Part shown: positions 19,922-28,349 of the stretch, one piece after another
How positions within the stretch are numbered: position 1 is the first letter of the stretch
How the letters are laid out: every line of letters begins with the position of its first letter
Source: Candidatus Parcubacteria bacterium
GTDB lineage: Bacteria > Patescibacteriota > Patescibacteriia > UBA1558 > GWA2-36-10
Direction of reading: 5' to 3'
Length of the DNA stretch: 64,000 nt
NCBI GenBank assembly: GCA_018669975.1
Contig: JABHSK010000007.1
Coordinates: 128,390-192,389, forward strand
Program-made: the position numbers and the translations under genes
The notes under the pieces: model-generated
Told to the model about the DNA's origin: nothing
The model's input: the letters and a program-made list of their open reading frames with translations, nothing else
The model's database searches: none

Positions 19922-21169
19922 ATGTTGGACATAAAATATATCAGGGACAATCAAAATGAGGTAGAGCAAGCTCTACTCAAACGTATAGACAAGAAGAATT
20001 TGGACCTGAATAAAATTTTAAAATTAGACGATCAGCGTCGAGAAATTATAGTTAAAGTAGATGAGTTAAAAGCTGAACGTAATAAATTTTCTAAAACTAA
20101 ACCTGATGCAAAAACCATCAAGGCTATGAAAAAGCTTGGTGAAGATATTAAAGTTTTAGATAGAGATCTGAATTCTGCGGAGGCTACTTTAAATGAAGTT
20201 TTGGCAGCGTTACCAAATATCCCAGCTGATGATGTAGTAGCTGGTGGCAAAGAAAATAATAAAATTATCAAGACTTTTGGTGAGCAAACAAAGTTTGATT
20301 TTGAGCCAAAAAATCATGTTGATTTAGCTACTGATTTAGGGTTAATTGATTATGAGCGAGCAGCTAAGATGTCTGGTGCTGGTTTTTGGACTTATGTTGG
20401 TGATGGTGCATTATTAGAGTGGGCATTGCTCAATTATTTTATTGATTTTCATCGTAGTCATCCAGAGTATAGATTCATGATTCCGCCTTATATGTTGAAT
20501 GAAAATTCTGCTTATATTTCTGGTCATTTGCCAAAATTTAAAGATGATTTATTTTGGGCAGAAAAAGATAAATTATGCTTTAATGCTACTTCTGAGATGA
20601 TGTTAGGCAATTATCATGCTGGTGAAATGATTAACCGGAAAGATTTACCATTGAAGTATTATGCTTTTTCAACTTGCTTCCGTCGTGAAGCTGGAGCCTA
20701 TCGAACAGAGGAGAGGGGAATGATTCGCGGACATCAGTTTAATAAGATTGAGATGTTTCAATTTACTTTGCCAGAAGAATCTTGGGCAGCTTTTGATGAG
20801 TTACTAGACTATGGTGAGAAGTTGGTAGAAGGACTAGGCCTTCATTATAATACAGTTCAGCTAGCAGCTGGTGATTGTAGTGCTGCTATGGCCAAGACAA
20901 TTGATTTGGAGGTTTGGATACCAAGCATGAAAGGGTATAAGGAGGTGTCTAGTGTATCCAATGCCTTAGACTATCAAGCTAGGCGTGGTAATATCCGTTT
21001 TAAAGATGTGGATAATAAGAATAAGTTTTTACATACTCTGAATGCATCAGGCTTAGCTACTAGTAGAGTATTTCCAGCTATTTTAGAACAGAATCAGCAA
21101 GCGGATGGTTCAGTGTTGATACCAAAAGTTTTGCAGAAGTATATGGGTAAAAAAGTATTAAAGAAATAA
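19922..21169 (+). CDS. serS: Serine--tRNA ligase
   Basis: MLDIKYIR, CFRREAG, HQFNKIE, LHTLNAS. Confidence 0.97.
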   Translation: MLDIKYIRDNQNEVEQALLKRIDKKNLDLNKILKLDDQRREIIVKVDELKAERNKFSKTKPDAKTIKAMKKLGEDIKVLDRDLNSAEATLNEVLAALPNIPADDVVAGGKENNKIIKTFGEQTKFDFEPKNHVDLATDLGLIDYERAAKMSGAGFWTYVGDGALLEWALLNYFIDFHRSHPEYRFMIPPYMLNENSAYISGHLPKFKDDLFWAEKDKLCFNATSEMMLGNYHAGEMINRKDLPLKYYAFSTCFRREAGAYRTEERGMIRGHQFNKIEMFQFTLPEESWAAFDELLDYGEKLVEGLGLHYNTVQLAAGDCSAAMAKTIDLEVWIPSMKGYKEVSSVSNALDYQARRGNIRFKDVDNKNKFLHTLNASGLATSRVFPAILEQNQQADGSVLIPKVLQKYMGKKVLKK

Positions 21170-22282
21170 ATGCCGTTGACCTGGATAGAAATAAATAAAA
21201 AGAATCTTGAACATAATTTGAAGCAATTCAATAAAGTTGCTAATCATTCAGAGCTTTGGCCAGTGGTCAAAAGCAATGCTTATGGTCACGGATTGGTAGA
21301 GGTTATTAAAATTTTAGATAAAGACAAGAATGCTAACGGTTTTATGGTTGTTAATTTAGGAGAAGCTTTACAGGCAGCTAAATTAACTAAAAAGCCAATT
21401 ATGATTTTGAGTTATTTTTCTATGGATGAGGATTTACTCAAAAAAGTAATCCACAAAAAAATATCTTTGCCAGTTTATGATTTAGATATGGTTGACTATC
21501 TAGAACATCTAGGTAAGAAGCTAAAGGCTAAATTTTCTATCAATATAAAAATAGATTGTGGTACTTCAAGATTAGGCTTTAAAGCAGAAGAGGCAGAGGA
21601 CGCCATAGAATACATAACCAAGAAAAAGAATTTACGTTTGCATAGTATTTTTACTCATTATGCTGAATCAGAGGCAGAAGATAAGAGTTTTACTTTGCAG
21701 CAGTTTAGTGCTTTTAATGAAATAGCCGGCAAGTATTTTGATATCAAAATGCATTCCGCTTGTTCAGCCTCAGCTATTAGTATGCCGGAAACTCAACAAG
21801 ATCTTGTGCGAGTTGGGATTTCTCTCTATGGTTTGTGGCCTAGCCAGGCAACACGTCAACGTGGAGAAAAAGTAGGTATTAAGTTGCATCCGGTCATGTC
21901 TTTAAAAACCAAGATTGTGCAGATTAAAGATTTGAAAAAAGGAGAGAGCGTTGGTTATAATAGGACTTATAGCTGCACCAAGGCTTGCAAGCTAGCAGTT
22001 TTGCCTATTGGCTACAATGAGGGTTATAGTCGTTTGTTTTCTAATAAAGCTAAAGTACTCATCAAGGGTAAGAGATATTTAGTTCGTGGAAATATTTGTA
22101 TGAATCTGACCATGGTAGAATTACCAGCTAATACAAACATCAAAGTAGGGGAGCAGGTAACATTGCTAGGTCATGACGGACGTGATGATATTAGTGCTGA
22201 AGAGTTAGCGGAGTTATCACAAACTATTAATTACGAAGTTGTTACTAAAATAAAAAAAGATTTACCTAGAGTAATCGTTTGA
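21170..22282 (+). CDS. alr: Alanine racemase
   Basis: VVKSNAYGHG PLP motif, GNICMN, TINYE. Confidence 0.95.
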   Translation: MPLTWIEINKKNLEHNLKQFNKVANHSELWPVVKSNAYGHGLVEVIKILDKDKNANGFMVVNLGEALQAAKLTKKPIMILSYFSMDEDLLKKVIHKKISLPVYDLDMVDYLEHLGKKLKAKFSINIKIDCGTSRLGFKAEEAEDAIEYITKKKNLRLHSIFTHYAESEAEDKSFTLQQFSAFNEIAGKYFDIKMHSACSASAISMPETQQDLVRVGISLYGLWPSQATRQRGEKVGIKLHPVMSLKTKIVQIKDLKKGESVGYNRTYSCTKACKLAVLPIGYNEGYSRLFSNKAKVLIKGKRYLVRGNICMNLTMVELPANTNIKVGEQVTLLGHDGRDDISAEELAELSQTINYEVVTKIKKDLPRVIV

Positions 22283-22333
22283 TAATTAATATTAAACGAC
22301 ACATAGATAATAAAGCAAAGTAGGGTAGAGTGT

Positions 22334-23164
22334 ATGATGTCTAGAATAAGATCAAATCAAGTTTGGAAAAAACACCTGCCGCAAAAGCCACGCCGGGTAC
22401 AGCGGGGGTACTATACTGACAAAAAGAACAAGCAAAGTAAAACAGTTGTCAGGATTATTTGGGTTATTTTTATAATTTTATCTTTACAAAGTATTTTTCA
22501 TATAAAATATTTTAAAGTTGATAATATTAATTTAACAGGCAATAAAGATATTGTCCTGGAAGATATTCAAACTAGCTTGCAAGACGAGCTTACAGTCACT
22601 AGGTTTTTATTGTTTAAAAATGATAATTACTGGTTGCTTAAAACTGAGCCTATGGAAGAGATTTTGTTGGCCAATTATAACTTAGATGAGGTAAGAGTCA
22701 CCAAAAAATTTCCAGATACCTTAGATGTGAGTGTAAAAGAAAAGATTTCTCATTTTATTTGGCAGAAAGATGATGCTTTATACCTGTTAGATGCTAAGGG
22801 GTCCTTAAATCGTCAAATACGAGCTTTAGATGATAAATACCTTATAATACAGGACTTTCGTGCACGTCGTCCTGAGGGCGAGATAGTTTTTAACTCTGAG
22901 GAGATGAATATTATCAATAAACTATATTTAGCCTGGCAGGATATGATAGCCGATAAAGCTAAACTAGTTAAAATTAGGCTAGATGACAACTGGGGTTTAT
23001 TAGAACTGCACACTGATATAGGTTTTTATGTAAAGGTGGATGCCAACGAAGACTTAAAGGAACAAGTAAACAATTTGAACCAAGTATTAACAGCTGGAAA
23101 TATTACAGGAGTAGATGTAGATTATATAGATATACGTTTTGGGGATAAGGTGTATTTTAAGTAA
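22334..23164 (+). CDS. ftsQ: FtsQ/DivIB-like cell division protein
   Basis: TM plus POTRA-like KKFPDTL.V.V.E; C-terminal YIDIRFGDKVY. Confidence 0.75.
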   Translation: MMSRIRSNQVWKKHLPQKPRRVQRGYYTDKKNKQSKTVVRIIWVIFIILSLQSIFHIKYFKVDNINLTGNKDIVLEDIQTSLQDELTVTRFLLFKNDNYWLLKTEPMEEILLANYNLDEVRVTKKFPDTLDVSVKEKISHFIWQKDDALYLLDAKGSLNRQIRALDDKYLIIQDFRARRPEGEIVFNSEEMNIINKLYLAWQDMIADKAKLVKIRLDDNWGLLELHTDIGFYVKVDANEDLKEQVNNLNQVLTAGNITGVDVDYIDIRFGDKVYFK

Positions 23165-23211
23165 AAATACTAAATAGGGTTAAAGTGGCCTTATTTATAT
23201 TTATAATACTA

Positions 23212-23239
23212 ATTGAGTATAATAACTCTTACACTCAAT
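23212..23239. other. dif-like tyrosine-recombinase site (11-6-11)
   Basis: ATTGAGTATAA-TAACTC-TTACACTCAAT: arms are inverted repeats (10/11), with TAA/TTA flanking a 6-bp spacer as in dif; abuts the xer promoter and lies near the strand switch. Confidence 0.7.
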
Positions 23240-23268
23240 TTGACAATATATAAACTAGGTTTTATAAT
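23240..23268 (+). promoter_or_regulatory. Consensus promoter of xer gene (probably leaderless mRNA)
   Basis: TTGACA-17-TATAAT, ATG 6 nt downstream. Confidence 0.8.
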
Positions 23269-23274
23269 ATAAAC

Positions 23275-24231
23275 ATGGTAAATACTAAAAAAAGACAGAC
23301 CCTCCCCCTTCTTGATGAGTTTTTGGAAAACATCCAATCTAATAACTACTCTGCTGAGACGGTCTATAACTACGAAAGAGATCTAAATACTTTTGAAAAT
23401 TTTTTGACAGACGATATTAAAACACCGTTTAGCAAAATCACTAAGAGATCAATCATCAAGTTTAAGGCCTACCTCTCCTCTACTTCCAGGCAGACAGCCT
23501 CCAATGAGTCTGGTCAGAGTCAACTATCAAGTTATAGTATCAACCGCATCCTATCAGCTCTGCGTTCTTATTTAAGGTTTTTAGTAGAGATTGATCAAAA
23601 AGTACCTGTGCCTGCTGATGCTGTTAAACTTCTTAAAACAGAGAAAAAGTATGGACAGGTACCAGAGATGTCTGAATTAATAAAATTGATTGAGGCGCCA
23701 ACCCAGTTTGAGAATGATCCGACTATCAAGTTGCGTAATCGAGCTATGCTGGAGACTTTGTTCGCTACTGGTATGCGTATTTCTGAATTATTATCACTGA
23801 AACGTGAGCAACTAGATAAAACTGGTCGTATCTATGTTATGGGTAAGGGCAAAAAACAACGTTTTGTCTATCTAACACCTCGGGCTATTAAACATCTTAA
23901 GGATTATTTATCAGCTCGTCATGATGATACTCCCTACTTATTTATCCCTTATCGTGGTCGCAATAATCAGCAAAAAAATAAGAAAATATCGACCAATTAT
24001 TTACAATATAAGATAAAGCGCTATCGGGAGCTTTTATCTATTAATATACCGATATCAGCCCATTCTATTCGGCATAGCTTTGCTACTTATTTAGCAGAAA
24101 ATGGTGCTAACCCGGCTGCTATTCAAATATTACTAGGACATGAGTCGCTGGATACTACGACGCGTTATGTGCACGCTTCAGACCGTTATGCTGAAAGGAT
24201 GCACACTAAGTTTCATCCTCTTAAAAAATAA
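23275..24231 (+). CDS. Xer-family tyrosine recombinase
   Basis: TGMRISEL, GKGKKQR, HSIRHSFAT, LLGH..LDTTTRY catalytic residues. Confidence 0.93.
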   Translation: MVNTKKRQTLPLLDEFLENIQSNNYSAETVYNYERDLNTFENFLTDDIKTPFSKITKRSIIKFKAYLSSTSRQTASNESGQSQLSSYSINRILSALRSYLRFLVEIDQKVPVPADAVKLLKTEKKYGQVPEMSELIKLIEAPTQFENDPTIKLRNRAMLETLFATGMRISELLSLKREQLDKTGRIYVMGKGKKQRFVYLTPRAIKHLKDYLSARHDDTPYLFIPYRGRNNQQKNKKISTNYLQYKIKRYRELLSINIPISAHSIRHSFATYLAENGANPAAIQILLGHESLDTTTRYVHASDRYAERMHTKFHPLKK

Positions 24232-24245
24232 TATAAAAAAAGAAA

Positions 24246-24271
24246 AACCCTGTACCAGCTGGTACAGGGTT
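24246..24271. terminator. Hairpin between convergent xer and orphan gene
   Basis: AACCCTGTACCA-GC-TGGTACAGGGTT. Confidence 0.8.
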
Positions 24272-24280
24272 GATATTTAT

Positions 24281-25087
24281 TTAGGCAATACTGACATTGG
24301 CATTGTCGGTAAAAATCTTACTTTGGGCTTCGGGGCTACTAGGCCAGTTTCGAATAACTTCGTCGATCAGGCTCATGGCAGTCAGGAAGTCACAGTGGAC
24401 AGATTGGATACCGAAGCGGTAGCCTTTCTTGTCACCGTCTTCACCAATGAAAGTGATAGACTCTTCTAGTCCCTCACGTGCACCTTCGACTTTGACCAAA
24501 GTAAACACGATTCTGCCGGCGGAGACCAGGCTACGCATTGCGACATTGCCGAATTGGCCACTCATACCACACTTGTCCGAAGCATCGATGACTTTCAGTA
24601 GTCCGTTTTCATAGACCTGGCGTAGGAAACAATCCCAGGCCTTACTCAGGACAGTCGTCTCGGCGAAGAAATATGATTCAATATTGTGGCGGACATTGGC
24701 GCCCATGCTTCGATATTCCATATCACGCTCAATGGCACTCTCTATTAGGCGTGCCAAGGTGCTGATAGTTAGGGCTTTTTCGACAGCCTGAAATTGGACA
24801 TCCAGCAGATCGACGACTTCATCGTTACCGCGTTCGATTGCTTCCAGGTAGTCTTGGCGGCACTTGGCCACTACTGAGTGGTCATCGTGTCGGAAGAGTT
24901 CCCAGGCATCAGCTAGGATGCGAGGTAGATAGTGAGAGATGCCACAGTGTTTAAAAGTGGTTTCGTCGGCTACTCTTTCGTCGAGATACCAGCGTAGGAA
25001 AAACACAAGATGTTTTTCACCGCGGGTCTGGAAATCTCCAGCATGCAGATAGCCTGATAGGGCTCGAGTGAGTTCGTTTTTTTGCAA
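24281..25087 (-). CDS. Hypothetical protein, GC-rich orphan
   Basis: 268-aa ORF, TTG start with GGAGG SD, own promoter. Confidence 0.75.
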   Translation of the reverse strand: MQKNELTRALSGYLHAGDFQTRGEKHLVFFLRWYLDERVADETTFKHCGISHYLPRILADAWELFRHDDHSVVAKCRQDYLEAIERGNDEVVDLLDVQFQAVEKALTISTLARLIESAIERDMEYRSMGANVRHNIESYFFAETTVLSKAWDCFLRQVYENGLLKVIDASDKCGMSGQFGNVAMRSLVSAGRIVFTLVKVEGAREGLEESITFIGEDGDKKGYRFGIQSVHCDFLTAMSLIDEVIRNWPSSPEAQSKIFTDNANVSIA

Positions 25088-25219
25088 GGTATTACCTCCA
25101 GTTAAAGTACATAGTTGAAGCCAAATATATAGCTCGAATGACAGTTATTTTTACTATGAATATCATTTTTTGTCAATAATTGACATGTTTTGTTGGTATA
25201 TGTTAAGATACATTTAGCT

Positions 25220-25480
25220 TTTTTAGAACCTTAATTATACAACAACATGATGGCTGTAGAAGGGAAGGCCAGTATCTTGGAGACGCTCGGAATGGGTACC
25301 CAAAAGGAAGGCCTACGTGGCCCAATTAACCCTAAGGGATTCCGAGCTGTTTTAGGCAAATGTGCCTACCAACTATGTCCTAGATACCCCCTGATACAGC
25401 CACCTATTACCCCCTACCGAACCATTGAGATTTTTCCGCATAACGCTAAAAAGCCTCAATCTCGGTAGGGGGCTTTTTTT
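25220..25480 (+). ncRNA. Candidate two-domain structured ncRNA
   Basis: TTGACA 25180, TAAGAT 25204, boxA-like 25226; nested helices; long terminal hairpin plus T7. Confidence 0.55.
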
Positions 25481-25723
25481 ATTAACATTTGACAAGATTT
25501 TGTTTATATATTAAGTTGAAAGTAGAAGGTATATAGAAAACTGAATAAAAGTTGTAAATCAATACAAATTACAAATCGCCAAAAACAAAAATATCTGGTA
25601 CTTTGACAATCCAGATTGATGATAGATAGCGTTTTAGCCTGTATTGATTTTTTGTTTCCTGTCACCCCACCACACCCAAATTTCCGACATGGTGTCGGAA
25701 TACAACCAGAAAGGTGGTTCATC

Positions 25724-26149
25724 ATGAAGAACGGGAGGAATAACCATAAGACACACAGACGTGTGAGGTATTACTTGTATTGGCTGTGTTTCGCTTGGAT
25801 GGTCGCTCAAATGGCGCTCATCCTCTGGAAATTCTTTGGATTTCCGCCCCCTATCATCATTCCGCCGAGTTTCCCGGTGTATTATTTTGTAGTCCTAGTC
25901 GTCTATTCGGTCGTCAGGGCGAGCGCTCGTTGGGCGCACAAGGTATTACCGCGAAAGAAGGGTGGAACCTTTGTGTATCTGTGGGGCATTTTTGCACTAC
26001 TGATTCACATCATTGCTGCGTTTGGTAACGGGCGCTTCGAAATTCCCAGAGTCACGTTTGACAACTTGTTGTTTGTCTCCATTGTTTACGTGGCATCTAG
26101 GATTGAAAAGCGTTTATTTCTAAATATACGCAATGGCTCTAAACATTAA
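25724..26149 (+). CDS. Hypothetical 4-TM membrane protein
   Basis: AAGGTGG SD before ATG 25724; hydrophobic segments. Confidence 0.7.
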   Translation: MKNGRNNHKTHRRVRYYLYWLCFAWMVAQMALILWKFFGFPPPIIIPPSFPVYYFVVLVVYSVVRASARWAHKVLPRKKGGTFVYLWGIFALLIHIIAAFGNGRFEIPRVTFDNLLFVSIVYVASRIEKRLFLNIRNGSKH

Positions 26150-26237
26150 CTTGAAGGAGGAAGACTGCTATGTCCCCTTTTAGCAACTGAGCCATCTATA
26201 GATTTTTATTTCCTAGGTGGCTCGTTTTTTTATAAAT

Positions 26238-26420
26238 AAAAAAGGAGAGTTATCGCACTCTCCCGCACATCCGTGTGACTGGTGTTGTAGTCAAGATGTA
26301 AGCGCCCTATTTTGCCTTAGGGGCAGGCTCCGGTGACATCGTCTACTATGTTGCCTCTTTTTATATATGGGCACCAGGGAGAAATGACGTATGTCTCAGA
26401 AATAATTAAGGTTCTACGGA
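26238..26420 (-). ncRNA. Candidate structured ncRNA (irregular long hairpin)
   Basis: TTGACA-17-TAGGAT promoter, boxA-like motif, nested helices, GGAGAGT/ACTCTCC terminator; no ORF in track. Confidence 0.5.
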
Positions 26421-26479
26421 TACAAAAAATATCCTATCAAGAATAGGATATATTGTCAAGACCTAGTTGATATTTGGAT

Positions 26480-28342
26480 TTATAAGCTTATTTTAGCGTT
26501 TAATATTTGATTTTGATACGCCTCCTCTACTTCAGACCAATCAAGGTATTTTTGTAGAAAATTTTGTTTGATTTCGTCGGTCATTAACTGTGGCTGGCTA
26601 GCAATGGAAGTCATTGGTAAAAGATAAAGAGTATAAGTTTTATCTGAGGTATTATAAGATACGCCGACACCCATTTCTTCTTGGGTATCTGGAGAGAAAT
26701 ACTGATCAAAGATAAAGTTGCCCAGTGAATAAAATATTGGTTTATCTTTATATATTTCCATTCCTTGAACTACATGTGGATGATGACCAATAATCATATC
26801 AGCTCCAGCATCAATAAATTGGTGAGCAAGATTTTGTTGTATAGAATTAAAATTGTGCTCATATTCAACGCCCCAGTGTACGTTGACTATCACTAAATCA
26901 TTTTTAGTGTCTGCATTTTTAATTATACTTAAAGCTTCATCTACATCAAACATATTATAAACCATACTCAATCCAATCATAGCTACTTTCTGATCAGCCA
27001 CTTGAATATCTCTCTGACTACATTCGGCAATTTCAGAGTCTGGACAACCAGCAAAAGCTATATCTAAATCAGCTAGGTTTTTATATGTTTCAGCTAAACC
27101 AGCGTGTCCTTGATCGGTAACATGATTATTAGCAGTTGTAAAAAAATTAAAGTAATAATCTTTGTTTAGTGTTTTGATTAATTTTGGGTTAAATGAAAAA
27201 TCATAAGGCACTATTGGTAGATAGTGTTGACCATCTTTAGTGACGGCGCCTTCTAAATTAGCTGCTACTATATCTGAACCCATGAAAAATCTTTTTTCTT
27301 CAGTGGCTAAATTAGCAAATAAATGAGCTAGCCCATACTCCTTTATCTTGGTGCCCACGTTTCTGTCCAACATCAAATCACCGAAGAATAAAAAGTTTAT
27401 AATATTTTCTTGGCTAGGCTTACCTTTTGAAAAATAATACAGCTGATGACTAGTGGTTGGTTCATCTGGCATGCCTATTAGGTCTCCAGAATTGGTATGA
27501 AAAACGAGTTGACTCTGTTGAGAGTTTATAGTTTCTAGATATTTTAATAAGGTATAAATAGAGGCTGGCGAGTCAATTTCTAAATCATGTATACGGTCAA
27601 AATCAAAACTCTCTATCACTCCTCTGCTTTGCTGATCATGAAAATCAGATACTAAACTAGTTTGAAAATGTGAAAAATCTACACTAGCCAGTACTAGAGT
27701 TTTTTCTTTATCCATAGTGCTTAGTAGACCAGCCAATTGATTCAATTCTTCCAGGGGTGTTTGATATTTTATTATTATAGGTACTATTTTGGCTTGTGGG
27801 AGACTTTTTTTAATAAAAGGCACTAAACCAGATATAGAGTGTTCTCTGGCAAAGGGATTCTCATCAATATTAAAATAATTATTAAACTGGTCAATAGTAT
27901 TAGTGTCTGGTAAAAGTTCACCGTATGGCGTATTCCATTTTGCTCGGGATAAAAGTATATCTTTATTGCCAGCCTGGTAATGATTTGGTCCAATTAGGAT
28001 GACTGTATCATAGACATCTTCTAGACCGCTGAAATAAGCAGCTATTTTTTCTTTCACCATTAAGTGGTGTGGAATAATACCACCATAAATCTTATTAGCT
28101 GGAGTTGGGATTTGCCCTTGCGCAGCTTGGTAGGCTCCTTGATAGACATCGAGTTTAATGTGATAAGATCGGTGTGTATCTAAGGTAGTCGCGCTACTTG
28201 ATTGTTTTAAGATGCTTATTTCTTGTATAGAGCTTAGTAAGTTGGTATTTTCCTTTTTTAGATATATATAAATTAGTCCTACTTGTGAAATGAGTAGGAC
28301 TAATAGAATAATAAATATTGTTTTTTTGCTTTTGTCGGACAT
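26480..28342 (-). CDS. AmmeMemoRadiSam protein B (MEMO1-like) fused to CapA/PgsA metallophosphatase domain
   Basis: GIIPHH, IGPNH, EHS, ASVDFSH; then GDLMLDR, ANNH, VHWG.EY, GHHPHV, YSLGNF. Confidence 0.85.
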   Translation of the reverse strand: MSDKSKKTIFIILLVLLISQVGLIYIYLKKENTNLLSSIQEISILKQSSSATTLDTHRSYHIKLDVYQGAYQAAQGQIPTPANKIYGGIIPHHLMVKEKIAAYFSGLEDVYDTVILIGPNHYQAGNKDILLSRAKWNTPYGELLPDTNTIDQFNNYFNIDENPFAREHSISGLVPFIKKSLPQAKIVPIIIKYQTPLEELNQLAGLLSTMDKEKTLVLASVDFSHFQTSLVSDFHDQQSRGVIESFDFDRIHDLEIDSPASIYTLLKYLETINSQQSQLVFHTNSGDLIGMPDEPTTSHQLYYFSKGKPSQENIINFLFFGDLMLDRNVGTKIKEYGLAHLFANLATEEKRFFMGSDIVAANLEGAVTKDGQHYLPIVPYDFSFNPKLIKTLNKDYYFNFFTTANNHVTDQGHAGLAETYKNLADLDIAFAGCPDSEIAECSQRDIQVADQKVAMIGLSMVYNMFDVDEALSIIKNADTKNDLVIVNVHWGVEYEHNFNSIQQNLAHQFIDAGADMIIGHHPHVVQGMEIYKDKPIFYSLGNFIFDQYFSPDTQEEMGVGVSYNTSDKTYTLYLLPMTSIASQPQLMTDEIKQNFLQKYLDWSEVEEAYQNQILNAKISL

Positions 28343-28349
28343 TATTTTT

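Noticed and set aside
25247-25468. 73-aa ORF
   Set aside because: No SD, ends inside the terminator stem; dense helices explain the region better
26154-26190. Strong SD (AAGGAGG) before a 6-codon ORF MSPFSN
   Set aside because: Too short to support; probably a remnant abutting a terminator
23275-26460. Integron or prophage (integrase plus cassettes)
   Set aside because: The recombinase lacks an evident IntI insertion; no attC (RYYYAAC...GTTRRRY) arrays, att repeats or phage genes seen
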